From Malacoraja senta (Eukaryota), in contig CM075989.1 in the NCBI GenBank assembly GCA_038087875.1, positions 7,628,001-7,692,000 of the forward strand: DNA of 64,000 bases, read 5' to 3'. Shown one piece after another: positions 53,230 to 64,000 of the stretch. Below the pieces are notes generated by a model. The model was not told the origin of the DNA. It was given only the letters and a program-made list of their open reading frames with translations, and ran no database searches. Both the position numbers and the translations under genes were made by a program. Each line of letters begins with the position of its first letter. Positions within the stretch are counted from its first letter, which is position 1.

Positions 53230-55622
53230 GGATCAATAATAATTTTCCCAATATAATTTAACTTTCCCAATATAGACTGGGAAATTATAGTGTGAAGGGT
53301 TTAAATGGGGTGCAATTCCTCAAAAGTGTTCAGGAGAGTTTTCTTAAGCAGTATGTAGAGGCCCCCACACATGAGAGGGCAACACTGGAAATTGGGAAGG
53401 GCAAATTAATGAAGTGTTTGTGGAGGGGTGACCACAATTCCATTAGGTTTAAGATAGTTATGGATAGGGACGGAGAGGGTCCATGTGTTAAAAGGCTCAA
53501 CTGGGGTAAGGCCAACTTTGAGGGTATGGGAGAAGGTCTCGCTCAAGTTGACTGGAGCAGGTTATTTGAGGGGAAAGGAACATCGGCCAAGTGGTATGTT
53601 TTTAAAAGTGTGCTGATGAAAGCTCAGGATATGTACGTCCCCGTTAGAGTGAAGGGCAAAGCAGGCAAACGTTAAGAAGCTTGGCTGACGAGGGAAATTG
53701 AGGCATTGGTCAAAAACAAGAAGGATGCATGGGACAGGTATAGGCAGCTGGGATCAAGTGCATCCCTGAAGGCGTTTCGGGAACGAAGGAGTAAACTGAA
53801 AAAGAAGGCCAAAAAGGTGTCAGGAGATAGCTCTGGCAAGTAGCATAAAGGACAATCCCAAAAGACTTTATAAATAATTAAGGGTGAAAAGGGAAACTAC
53901 AGAGTGGGACCGCTCAGGAATCAAAGCGATCACCTCCGTGTGGAGCCACAGGCGATGGGCAAGGTCCTCAATGAGTATTTCTCCTCTTTATTTACTGAGG
54001 AGAAAAACCGTAGGACGGAGGAACTTGCAGTCAATGGAAGTGTCTTGAGAGCAGTCAGTGTTACCGTCAAAGATATCCAGGGCCTGATCAGATATATCCG
54101 AGGATATTGCGGGAAACTAGAGAGGAAATTGGGGGAGCCCTAGTTGAAATTTACGAGTCGTCCTTAAATACAGGAGAGGTGCCGGAAGACTGGAGGGTGG
54201 CAAATGTTGTGCTTCTTTTCAAGACGGGCTGCAGTGAAAATGCTGGGAACTATAGGCTTAACATCTGTAGTTGATAAGTTACTAGAGAGTATTCTGATGG
54301 ATAGGTCATACACGCATTTGGACGGGCAAAGGCTGATTAGGGATAGCCAGCCAGGTTTTGTACGTGGGAGGTCGTGTCTCACAAATCTGATTGATTTTTT
54401 TGAAGACGTGACCAAAAAGGTCGATGAGGGCAGAGCTGTAGATGTTGTGTACATGGATTTCAGGAAGGTGTTCGACAAGGTTCTGCATGGTAGGCTGCTC
54501 TGGAAGGTTAGATCGCATGGGATCCAAGGAGAGATAGCTGAATGGATAGCAAATTGGCTCCATGGAAGGAAGCAGAGGTTGATGGTGGAAGATTGTTTCT
54601 CGGACTGGAGGCCTGTGACTAGTGGTGTGCCTCAGGGTTGGGTGCTGGGCCCGTTACTGTTTGTTATCTACATCAATGATTTGGATGGGAACATACAGGG
54701 CAAGATTAGCAAGTTTGCTGATGATACAAAAGTTACTAGTTTTGCAAATAATGAAGATGGTTGTGAAAGATTGCCGCAGGATCTGGATCGATTGGCCAGG
54801 TGGGCGGAGGAATGGTTGATGGAATTTAATACAGAGAAGTGTGAGGTGTTGCATTTTGGGATGTCGAACAAGGACAGGACCTACACAGTAAATAGTAGGC
54901 CTCTGGGTAGTGTTGTAGAGCTGAGGGATCTAGGAGTACAGGTGCATGCTTCCTTGAACGTCGAGTCGCAGGTAGATAAGATGGCCAAAAAGGCTTTTGG
55001 CACTTTGGCCTTCATCAGTCAGAGTATTGAGTATAGAAGTTGGGAGGTCATGTTACAGTTGTATAAGACGTTGGTGAGACCGCATCTAGAATATTGTGTT
55101 CAGATTTGAGCACCATGTTATAGGAAAGATATTATGAAGCTTGAAAGGGTTCCGAAAAGATTTACGAGGATGTTGCCAGGACTAGAAGGTGTGAGCTATA
55201 GGGAGAGGTTGAGTAGGCTAGGTCTCTATTCCATGGAGTGCAGGAGGATGAGGGGTGATCTTATAGAGGTGTACAAAATCATGAGAGGAATAGATCGGGT
55301 AGATGCACAGAGTCTCTTGCCCAGAGTAGGAGAATCGAGGACCAGAGGACGTAGGTTCAAGTTGAAAGGGAAAAGATTTAATAGGAATCCGAGGGGTAAC
55401 TTTTTCACACAAAGGGTGGTGGGTGTATGGAACAAGCTGCCAGAGGAGGTAGTTGAGGCTGGGACTGTCCCATGATTTAAGTAACATTTAGACAGGTACA
55501 TGGATAGGACAGGTTTGGAGGGATATGGATCAAGCGCAGGCAAGTGGGACTAGTGTAGCTGGGACATTGTTGGCCGGTGTGGGCAAGTAGGGCCGAAGTT
55601 CCCACACTGTATCACTCTGACT
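53230..55622 (+). mobile_element. Decayed CR1 LINE, about 2.4 kb of ORF2 plus 3' end
   Basis: GRSCLTNL, VVYMDFRK, GVPQG, FADD and LVRPHLEYC motifs with stops and frameshifts. Confidence 0.95.
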
Positions 55623-56020
55623 CATAATCCTGCTGAATGAGATACAAAGCTTAAGGCCAAGTGACAAACACCTGATTCTATTTCTTTAACGAGAAAGATT
55701 CCTAATCTAGACACAATGCACCAATGCAGCATCAATAGGTGAAAGGAGATGTTGCTCCATACACAGACGTTTAAAATTTAGCTTGCTCATTCATTTTGAT
55801 CTTATTGTTCGGAACTAAAGTGGCACCAAACCAGTGACCAGGGGTTTGAACAACCAATGGATCCTCGCTGGGAAAGGCATCAACTGGAGGGATTTGGAAA
55901 CATGGATGACCATTTCAGAATCAAAGATTTCCTCAACCTTAAGCTGAATTATGCATGTGAGCCCAGAGCTGCCCAGAGCTCTCCCATGGCACCAAAGTAA
56001 CAAACATATATCCTACTTAC

Positions 56021-56110
56021 TGGACCACATGGCGTAGGTAGAAGTTCCCTGTGCCGTGGCTTTAGGTTTGGTAGCAAGCATTCCCGTTCTTCACTTGAAC
56101 CAGATTCCAT
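56021..56110 (-). CDS. Uncharacterised multi-pass membrane protein, first coding exon (MESGSSEERECLLPNLKPRHRELLPTPCGP)
   Basis: tttaaag acceptor at 56118-56119, strong Kozak context GCAACATGG, GTAAGT donor; 90 coding nt, phase 0. Confidence 0.75.
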
Positions 56111-57959
56111 GTTGCCCCTTTAAACAGAAAGATTCCACAAAACCAAGTTAGCAAATTGGAACTGAATGTCCCACTCCTCTGAAAAGGTTTGCTCCAAAAT
56201 TGTGTATTGAAGGGCGATCTTAAATGAGGTGTCTCAATGTAAGTGAAACTCTTGGCAAGTAAAAGCTAATGGCAATTTGTCCAATCCCTTGTGCTCACAA
56301 ATCCTACATGCACTGAGTGATGCCAGCTGAGTGCAGACACCAAAGACACCGTCGTGGGAATGAAACAGACACAAGATGCTGGAGTAACTCAGCCCGACAG
56401 GCAGCATCTCTGGAGAGAAGGAATGGGTGATGTTTCGGGTCGAGACCCTTCTTCAGACTGAGAGTCAGGGGAGAGGGAGACATAGAGAGATGGGAGAGTA
56501 AGGTGTGAAAACCCAGATCAAAAGGGACAATGCCAAAAGAAATGTAGAATGGTACATTATTTGTGTCTTAAGAAAGGGCTCGACCCGAAATGTCACCCAT
56601 TCCTTCTCTCCAGAGATGCTGCCTGTCCCGCTGAGTTACTCCAGCATTTTGTGTCTATCTTCAGTGTAAACCAGCATCTGCATTTCATCCCTACACAATA
56701 AAGACTGGTGTAGTGTTCTAGTCACACTGGTTTCTCCACCAGTTAATATTCAAACTAGTTAGGACACTACTATCTCCACTGACTGTATTTCAAGTTTTCA
56801 AGAGAGAGTTAAATTTAGCTCTTAGGGATAAAGGAATCAAGGGACATATGGGGAAAAAGCAGGAACGGGGTACTGATTTTGGATGATCAGCCATGATTAT
56901 ATTGAATGGCGGTGGTCGCTTGAAGGGCCGAATGGCCTACTCCTGCACCTATTTTCTCTGTTTCTATGGTTCTAACCATAGTATTTCATCTCAACTTATT
57001 TTCCAGATGAACTATCTCAGACGGTTTACATCTATTAGTTCAGTTTACATGTCGGAAGGAACAGCTGATGCTGGCATATACCGAAGATAGACACAAATTG
57101 CTGGAGTAACCCAGTGGGTCAGGCAGCATCTCTGCAGAAAGGGAATGGGCGACGGGCGTTTCGGGTCGGGACTCTTCTTCGGACAGAACAGATAGTTCAG
57201 TTTCCTTCCTCGCTGCCCTTCCTACCGAGTCCACTCCCACCATCGACCGCCCGTACACAGTGTTGTCCCATTTTCGCATCCGATACACTAGAGACGATTT
57301 ACAGAAGCAAATTAACTTCCTAACCTGCAAGTCTTTTGAGTGTGGGAGGAAACCGGAGCACCAGAAAAAACCCACGCGGTCACAGGGAGAACGTACAAAC
57401 TCCGCTCAGACAGCACCCGTCGTCAGGAACGAACCCGGGTCTCTGGAGCAATAAGGAACTGTTTTCCAACAGCTTTTAAGATCGTCCTCATGATTTTGGT
57501 CATACTGTCTTTGACTTCAACAACTAGCTCTACTTCTCCAACCGCAGACTTGCTCGTAAGCCTCGTGTCTTTCCTCTGATGCTCCCTGCCTTGTTTATAA
57601 AAGGCTAGATTACATCTGTTGTTCAATGGGATGGGTCCGGTAAAGTGGCGCCGGGGCTAAAGATCAGCCGTGATCTCAATGACTGGACTGGCTTCTGGTG
57701 TGTCTTTGCAACATTGATATTTCCTCTGGGGAAACTCTGGGGACTCCTTTTCCGCTTTGAAATCCTTAGTGATACAAAGGAAAGTGTGTAAATGTGTAAA
57801 TGAAGAAGGGTCTCGACCCGAAACGTCACCCATCCCTTCTCTCCAGAGATGCTGCCTGTCCCGCTGAGTTACTCCAGCATTTTGTGTCTATCTTCGGTGT
57901 AAACCAGCATCTGCAGTTCCTTCCTACACATTTAGTTTTCTATAATCAGTTCTGGTCCC

Positions 57960-58560
57960 TCCCGCAAAGCCCGAGGCGGACAGCGATGCTCACTGTGACA
58001 TTCTCATGTTACTGCAGAAAAAACAATCGGATTATTCAGAATTTAGTTTGCATTTTCGACCAGATTAGTACATTGTTGGCGATGAGGGGAGGCGGCCCTC
58101 TGACTGCCCCGGGAGAAGGGATCTCGGGATAGCGACTGCAGAAGAGCAGCGCCGCGGGCGTGAGGGGCGCAGTGAACCCGCCGCTGTATCCCCCCGGTCA
58201 CCGGCCGCCTGGGTCCCGACTCGCCACAGTCCGGGGCGAAAACGGTGCCAGTAACAGCGGCAGGATCTCCCCCCTGGCCCGCGGGCCCGCTGCGGAGCCC
58301 CCACGGTCCCCGGCCCCTGTCCACCCCCCACCCCCCTCTCCTCCCCACGACCCCGGCCCATGTCCACCCCCCACCCCCCTCTCCTCCCCACGACCCCGGC
58401 CCCCGGCCCATGTCCACCCCCCACTCCTCCCCACGACCCCCGGCCCTGCTCCAACCTGCCGGGCGGGCACCGGACGGGCAGCAACTTGGCCCCAAACTTC
58501 CGCGTAAACAGCGGCCGCACTGCGTCATTTCCAGCCCTCACCTCCTCTCCCACACTGCGG
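57960..58560 (-). promoter_or_regulatory. CpG island, probable promoter and non-coding first exon of the minus-strand membrane protein gene
   Basis: Dense CpG; minus-strand CGGAAGT (ETS-type, 58496-58502) and GGAAATGACGCA (CRE-like, 58521-58532); candidate CAG|GTTGG donor at 58455; about 2.3 kb upstream of the ATG exon. Confidence 0.65.
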
Positions 58561-58970
58561 CGCTCCCTCACTCACTGCGGCGCTCCCTCACTCACCGCCT
58601 CTCCTACACTGCGGCGCTCCCTCACACTGCCCTTCCTACACTGCGGCGCTCCCTCACTCACTGCGGCGCTCCCTCACTCACTGCCCTTCCTACACTGCGG
58701 CGCTCCCTCACTCACTGCCCTTCCTACACTGCGGCGCTCCCTCACTCACTGCCCTTCCTACACTGCGGCGTTCTCTCGCCGCCCATTTCACCGTGAGGCG
58801 CTCCCTCACCGTCCCTCCTCCCACAGCGCGACCCTCCCCATCCCACGGTGAGGTGCTCCCTCACCGCCCCTCCCACAGCGCGACGCTCCCTCACTGCCCT
58901 TCCCATAGTGCGGCGCTCCCTCTACGCCCCTCCTACAGCGCGGCGCTCCCTCACCACCCTTCCCACAATG
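58550..58970. repeat. CpG-rich minisatellite built on CACTGCGGCGCTCCCTCACT (units of about 21-34 nt), degenerating rightwards
   Basis: Directly visible tandem copies of ctgcggcgctccctcac. Confidence 0.9.
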
Positions 58971-59639
58971 GGATTGCTGTCCCGAGATGGGTCACTGAGG
59001 CAGGACTCGAGGCGCCGTCTGAGTTTTAAATGAGCGATGCCCTGTTCTGGCTCTCTCCACAAGAGGAAGTATCCTCTCCTCTTCCACCCTCAGGATGAAC
59101 AGTTTATTCAAGCTTCCTCCTCGGTATTATTAAACAATGGATATAAATTTAGCCTGTTGCCCATCCCCCAGAAGACAGCTCACCCATTTCACACCAAGTC
59201 CAGTAACTATTTCCTCAAATAAGGAGACAGATACTGTCCGCCACAATGTGTCCCATTTAACTGAAGAATAAATCTGTAGGAAGGAACTGCAGATGCTGGT
59301 TGACACCGAAGATAGACACAAAGTACTGGAGTTATTCAGCGGGTCAGACAGCATCTCTGGAGATAAGGAATAGGTGACGTTATGGGTCGGAACCCTTCTT
59401 CAAGCTCATTCTGACCCGAAACGTCACCTATTCCTTTTCTCCAGAGATGCTGCCTGACCCGCTGAGTCATAGAGTGATGCAGTGTGGAAACAGGCCCTTC
59501 GGCCCAACTTGCCCACACCGGCCAACATGTCCCAGCTACACTAGTCCCACCTGCCTGCGCTTAGTCCATATCCCTCCAAACCTTTGTGCTAAAATGAAGA
59601 ATAACTTCCTTACTTTGGTATCATATTTCCTTCCTTTCC

Positions 59640-60290
59640 TTTATGTTGCAGTTGTATAAGACGTTGGTGAGACCGCATTTAGAGTATTGTGTTCAGTTCT
59701 GGGCTCCATGTTATAGGAAAGATGTCGTCAAGCTGGAAAGGGTATAGAGAAAATTTACAAGGATGTTGCCAGGACTAGAGGATCTGAGCTACAGGGAGAG
59801 GTTGAGTAGACTGGGACTCTATTCCTTGGAGTACAGGAGGATGAGAGGTGATCTTATAGAAGTGTATAAAATCATGAGAGGAATAGATCGGATAGATATA
59901 CAGGTAGACAAAAATGCTGTAGAAACTCAGCGGGGTGAGGCAGCATCTATGGAGAGAAGGAATAGGTGACGTTTCGGTTGAGACCCTAATACAGAGTCTC
60001 TTGTCCAGAGTAACCTTAGGGAATCAAGGACCAGAAGACATAGGGTTTGTGAAGGGGAAAAGATTTAATCTGAGGAGTAACCTTTTCACACAAAGGGTGT
60101 GGGTGTATGGACAAGCTGCCAGAAGAGATAGTTGAGGCTGGGACTATCCTAATGTTTAAGAAACGGTTAGACAGGCACATGGTTAGGACAGGTTTGGAGG
60201 GATATAGACCAAACGCAGGCAGGTGGGACTAGCCTAGTGGGACATGTTGGGCAAGTTGGGCAGAAGGGCCTGTTTCCATGCTGTATCACC
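59640..60290 (+). mobile_element. CR1 LINE 3' fragment interrupted by a Penelope-derived repeat
   Basis: [13 protein letters not shown]...MRGDLIEVYKIMRG; similar to 55060-55600. Confidence 0.88.
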
Positions 60291-60435
60291 TGACTAATAA
60301 ACAACAATCTGTTCGCTTTCCTAATTATTTGCTGTAGCTGCATGCCAGCCTTCTGCAAGTCATGCATCAAGTTACTAATTTACTCTGCATCTCACACTCT
60401 AAAAACTCTTATTCTTTAGATAATATATTTAAATA

Positions 60436-62362
60436 TCTCTATATAACTAAAAGTCTTTGTCTTGTTTATGCCCAAGATGTGCCCACAATGTGTCGATCTG
60501 GTTTTCCTATCTTCTTCCAAACGCTAGGCCACAGTCTTACCATTTTCACATATCCTACTCACATTTTTTCCGTCGTTGCGATAAACATCTTCCCGTCGCA
60601 TTTCCACCTATATTTCCGAAGTTATTCATCTTTGAAATTAATAAAAACAGCCCCAAAACCTCAACCATTTTGGAAAAAATCCGAGTGACCTCACAATGCA
60701 CTCGCAAGGCAGGACGGCCCACTCCAGGAGGAAGGGGCACTCCAGCGCTCGCTGTGAACGAGGAGTGGTGGCGGTTGCCGGCGCCCGACGGCCGCCCGGT
60801 ACCTGGTGGGGAGGGTGGTGCCGCGGGCCGAGCCCGGGGACTGGGCCTGGGCCTGGGCTGGAGCCGAGCCTGGTGCTGGAGCTGGAGTGAGGGCCGAGCC
60901 CGGGGCTTGGGATGGGGCCATGATCGGGGCCGAGAAAGAAGCCGCAGCTGGAACCAAGGACGAGCCTAGGTCCAGGGTTAGGGACAAGCCCGGAGATGAA
61001 GTCGGGGCCAGGTGTCGGGCCGAGTTCGAGAACCAGGCCCAGTTCCAGGCCCTGGCGCTGCTCTATGACCTGGGTAGGTGCTGGGGCAGGGAATGGGAGT
61101 GAGGGGAGGAGGATGAGGGAAATGAGGAGGAGATGGAGTGGGGAATGAGGTGGTAGAGGAAGATGTGGGGTGTGGAGGAGGGAGATGGGGAGGGTGGAGG
61201 AGGGAGATGGGGTGGGGAGTGGGGGAGAGGGGAAAGATCCTGGGGTGGTGAGGAGGGAGTGGGTGGAATTGAGGGAGAGGAGGAAGGGAGGCCATGTCTG
61301 CACTCCCTCTCTCGCCCACTCCCTCTCTACCCTCCCTCCTCCTCTCTACCCCCTCCTTATCTACCCTCCCTCCCACCCTCTCTACACCCGTCCCTTGCCT
61401 TCTCTACCCTCCCTCCCCCTATCCACCTCCCTCTCCCCCCTTCCCTCTCTCTCTCTACCCCCTCCCTCTCTGCTCCTCTCCCTCTCCACCCCTCTCCTCC
61501 TCCCTCTACATTCCCTCTTTACACCCTCCCCCTCCCTCTCTACCCCCTCTCCCTCTCTACCCTCTCCCTCTCTCTCTACACCCCACCCCCTCCCCCCTCT
61601 CTCTACCATCCCTCCCTCTCTACCACCCCTCCCTCTCTACTCCCCTCCCTCTCTAGGGATTGAAGAGGGAGGGTGAAGAGGAGGAGAAGGGAGTGCTGGG
61701 GGATGAGAAGTGTATGAGCCGCGCCTGCGCAGTTGGGGGCTATGCGTGAGTGGTGCAATCTTGCATTGGGGGAACGGCTTGCGTTGGGGGAACGGGTGAG
61801 AGGTGGAATCTTGCGCTGGGGGAGCCTGCACTTGGTCTAGTACATAACTAAAAGTCTTCCATGTTTGTGCCCACGATGTGTCTCTGTGTCAATCGGGTTA
61901 ATTCCTATCTTCTTCTAAACGCTAGGCCACAGTCTTCCCATTTTCACACATCCTGCTCACATTCTTCTCGTGGTGACATCTTCCTGCATTTCCACCTATA
62001 TTTCCAGTTATTCGCGATTAAAGCTTTAAAAATGCCAACTTTAACAAGGTTTTTACTGTTAAAATCCTTCCTCCCAGCTTCCAACACACATCGATACAAA
62101 GTTGCAAGACAGGAACACTCTGAATTTCACCTCAATAGGATATTTCAACAGGAGGAGGAGGACCAATTGGTATTGCAATTGGAACTGCTGCAGCAGGCAG
62201 AGGAGGTGCTGAGATCCACTTCTGAGGGACGCAGGGGAGTGCTGGAACCTTACGTTTAGGAATGGCTTCAGTTGCATTGGGGGAACGGGTGAGTGGTGGA
62301 ATATTGTGTTGGAGGACCACACCATTGGGGGAGCAGACCCAACGGGTCTGCACTTGGCCTAG
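60436..62362 (+). mobile_element. Tandem pair of non-autonomous Helitron units (60436-61840 and 61841-62362)
   Basis: A|TC 5' end, CTAG|T 3' end, perfect subterminal hairpin GCAGACCC-AAC-GGGTCTGC (62333-62351); the units share 5' and 3' segments. Confidence 0.8.
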
Positions 62363-63079
62363 TATATTCTTAAATTCTCTGTTAAAGTGGTAATTTCAAA
62401 TGGCATACGAAGTTGGGTCCCTTCTTCAGACCCAAAATATTGTCTGTTCATTTCTTCCACAGATGCAAGCTGACCCGTGGGGTGACTCCAGTTCCTTGTG
62501 TTTTGCACAAGACTCCGGCATCTGAGGTTCTTGTGTCCTCACAATCTTCTTTATTTTCAGTTTTCTGTATTTCACAATTTTATATTTTCCTTTGTTATTT
62601 TTTTCTCTCACTCCCTAACTGCTGTCATTAATCCATCAATCAGATGGGTTCATCATCAGCTATGGCAACCCTAGCCTCACCCTTTGTCCAAACTGCTCTG
62701 CCACATCTTGTGTGCCACTTAAAAAACTAACTGGTTTTATCACTGACGAAGGGTCTTCACCCTGATATTAGCCATGCTTCTCTTTCCACGGATGCTGCCT
62801 GAACTGCTGAGTGTTTCACTTATTGCTTATATAATAACAACAGTTTGCCACAAACATGTCCTTCACCACAAAACACGCAATGTGCAGAATAAATCGGGGT
62901 CAATACAAAGGAATGTCAGACCTGCAGGGCTGGTTCCTACACTAAAGCAATATCACAAATATCTTTCATGTAAATTGAATGACAATTCACTGTTATTTGC
63001 TGTTATATCAGTTAGATATTTTTCGCTCCGTAAAAGAATGATTGATATTTATTTAAGTTTTCACATTGTGCCAAAATAC

Positions 63080-63345
63080 CTGTCAGCTTGAAGTGTTGTC
63101 AATATTTCAGTAAATGCAGCAGCCAAGTTGAAACACCACACAAACAACATGGTGAAATTAACAACAGAATCTATTTTTGTGATGTTGAATGAGTGTAGAT
63201 ATTGGCTCCTGCACGCTAGGGTGAACTTTCTGTTCTTTGAAATAGTGTCATAAGATATTTTACATTCAATCATGGTGGGAGCAAACACGGCCCCAGTATC
63301 ACATTCCTTCTGAAAGATGATTACTCCCAAAGAGCAGCACTTGAC
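63080..63345 (-). mobile_element. Degenerate ancient SINE, possibly DeuSINE (SacSINE1/AmnSINE-like)
   Basis: Resembles, from memory, the Deu-domain sequence (gaaatagtg.cat..gat.ttttac...gaaaga...gcagcact). Confidence 0.4.
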
Positions 63346-64000
63346 AAACTAGAGATGCTTCACTTATCTAACTGGGCACCTGACAGATGTACAGTCATAG
63401 TTCATACAGCACAGAAACAGGCCCTTCGGCCCAACTAGTTCATGCCGGCCAAGTTGGCATTCTGGGCTAGTTTCATTTGCTTGTATTTGGCCCATAACCT
63501 CCTAAACGCATACATCTAACAAATGTCTTTTAAGTATTTTTTTTAAATTGTTTTTGCTTCTATAGCTTCCTCTGGCAGCCCGTTCCAGACACTGACCACC
63601 CTCAGAGTCTGAAGAAGGGTCCAGACCCAAAAAATCACCAATACATTTTCTCCAGAGATGCTGCCTGATCCATTGAGTTACTCCAGCATTTTGTGTCTAT
63701 CCCCGAGTGAAAGAGTTGCTCCTGAAATCCCTTCTAAATCTCTCCCCTCTCACCCTAGGCTTATGCCTTCTGGATTTAGACTGGGGAAAAGGCCTGAGCA
63801 TTTGCTTTATCCATATCCAAAACTTGTTAGGGTTGGGTTTGTGTATTAATGTCATATGTAGTGAGATATACTGAAAAGCTTTATTTACCATTACATAGAC
63901 ACGATCAGTTCAAACTATGGATAGACCAAAGGGGGAGATGCAGAGTGTAGAATATAGTTCTCAGCATTGTAGTGCATTGTAAGCATATTAAAAGGCTTCC

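Noticed and set aside
57423..57626. Short ORFs on both strands between the promoter and the ATG exon
   Set aside because: No convincing splice sites or motifs; the left end runs into a SINE.
58043..58851. Overlapping ORFs of 160-183 aa in the CpG island and minisatellite
   Set aside because: Low-complexity GC-rich sequence lacking stops by composition.

Overview
Vertebrate genomic DNA, most likely a cartilaginous fish (skate or ray), judged from abundant HE1-type V-SINEs and CR1-clade LINEs. Two genes converge tail-to-tail. (1) The last nine coding exons of NAD kinase (NADK, + strand, 1780-13531) have canonical GT-AG junctions and consistent phases. (2) An uncharacterised multi-pass membrane protein gene (- strand, ATG 56110 to TAG 24990, eight coding exons, about 324 aa when repaired) appears to be driven by a CpG-island promoter near 58.0-58.5 kb. 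As assembled it has two 1-nt frameshifts, and one exon occurs twice because a 1.3-kb block is repeated either side of a 200-N gap and a 3.2-kb poly-G tract, which are probably assembly artefacts. The rest is mostly repeats: CR1 LINEs, V-SINEs, an AT-rich LINE of another clade, a TTAA-flanked MITE, a hAT-like element nested in a LINE, and a tandem non-autonomous Helitron. About two dozen Penelope-derived fold-back repeats carry minimal hammerhead-ribozyme motifs. Two nested inverted-repeat pairs surround two late NADK exons.
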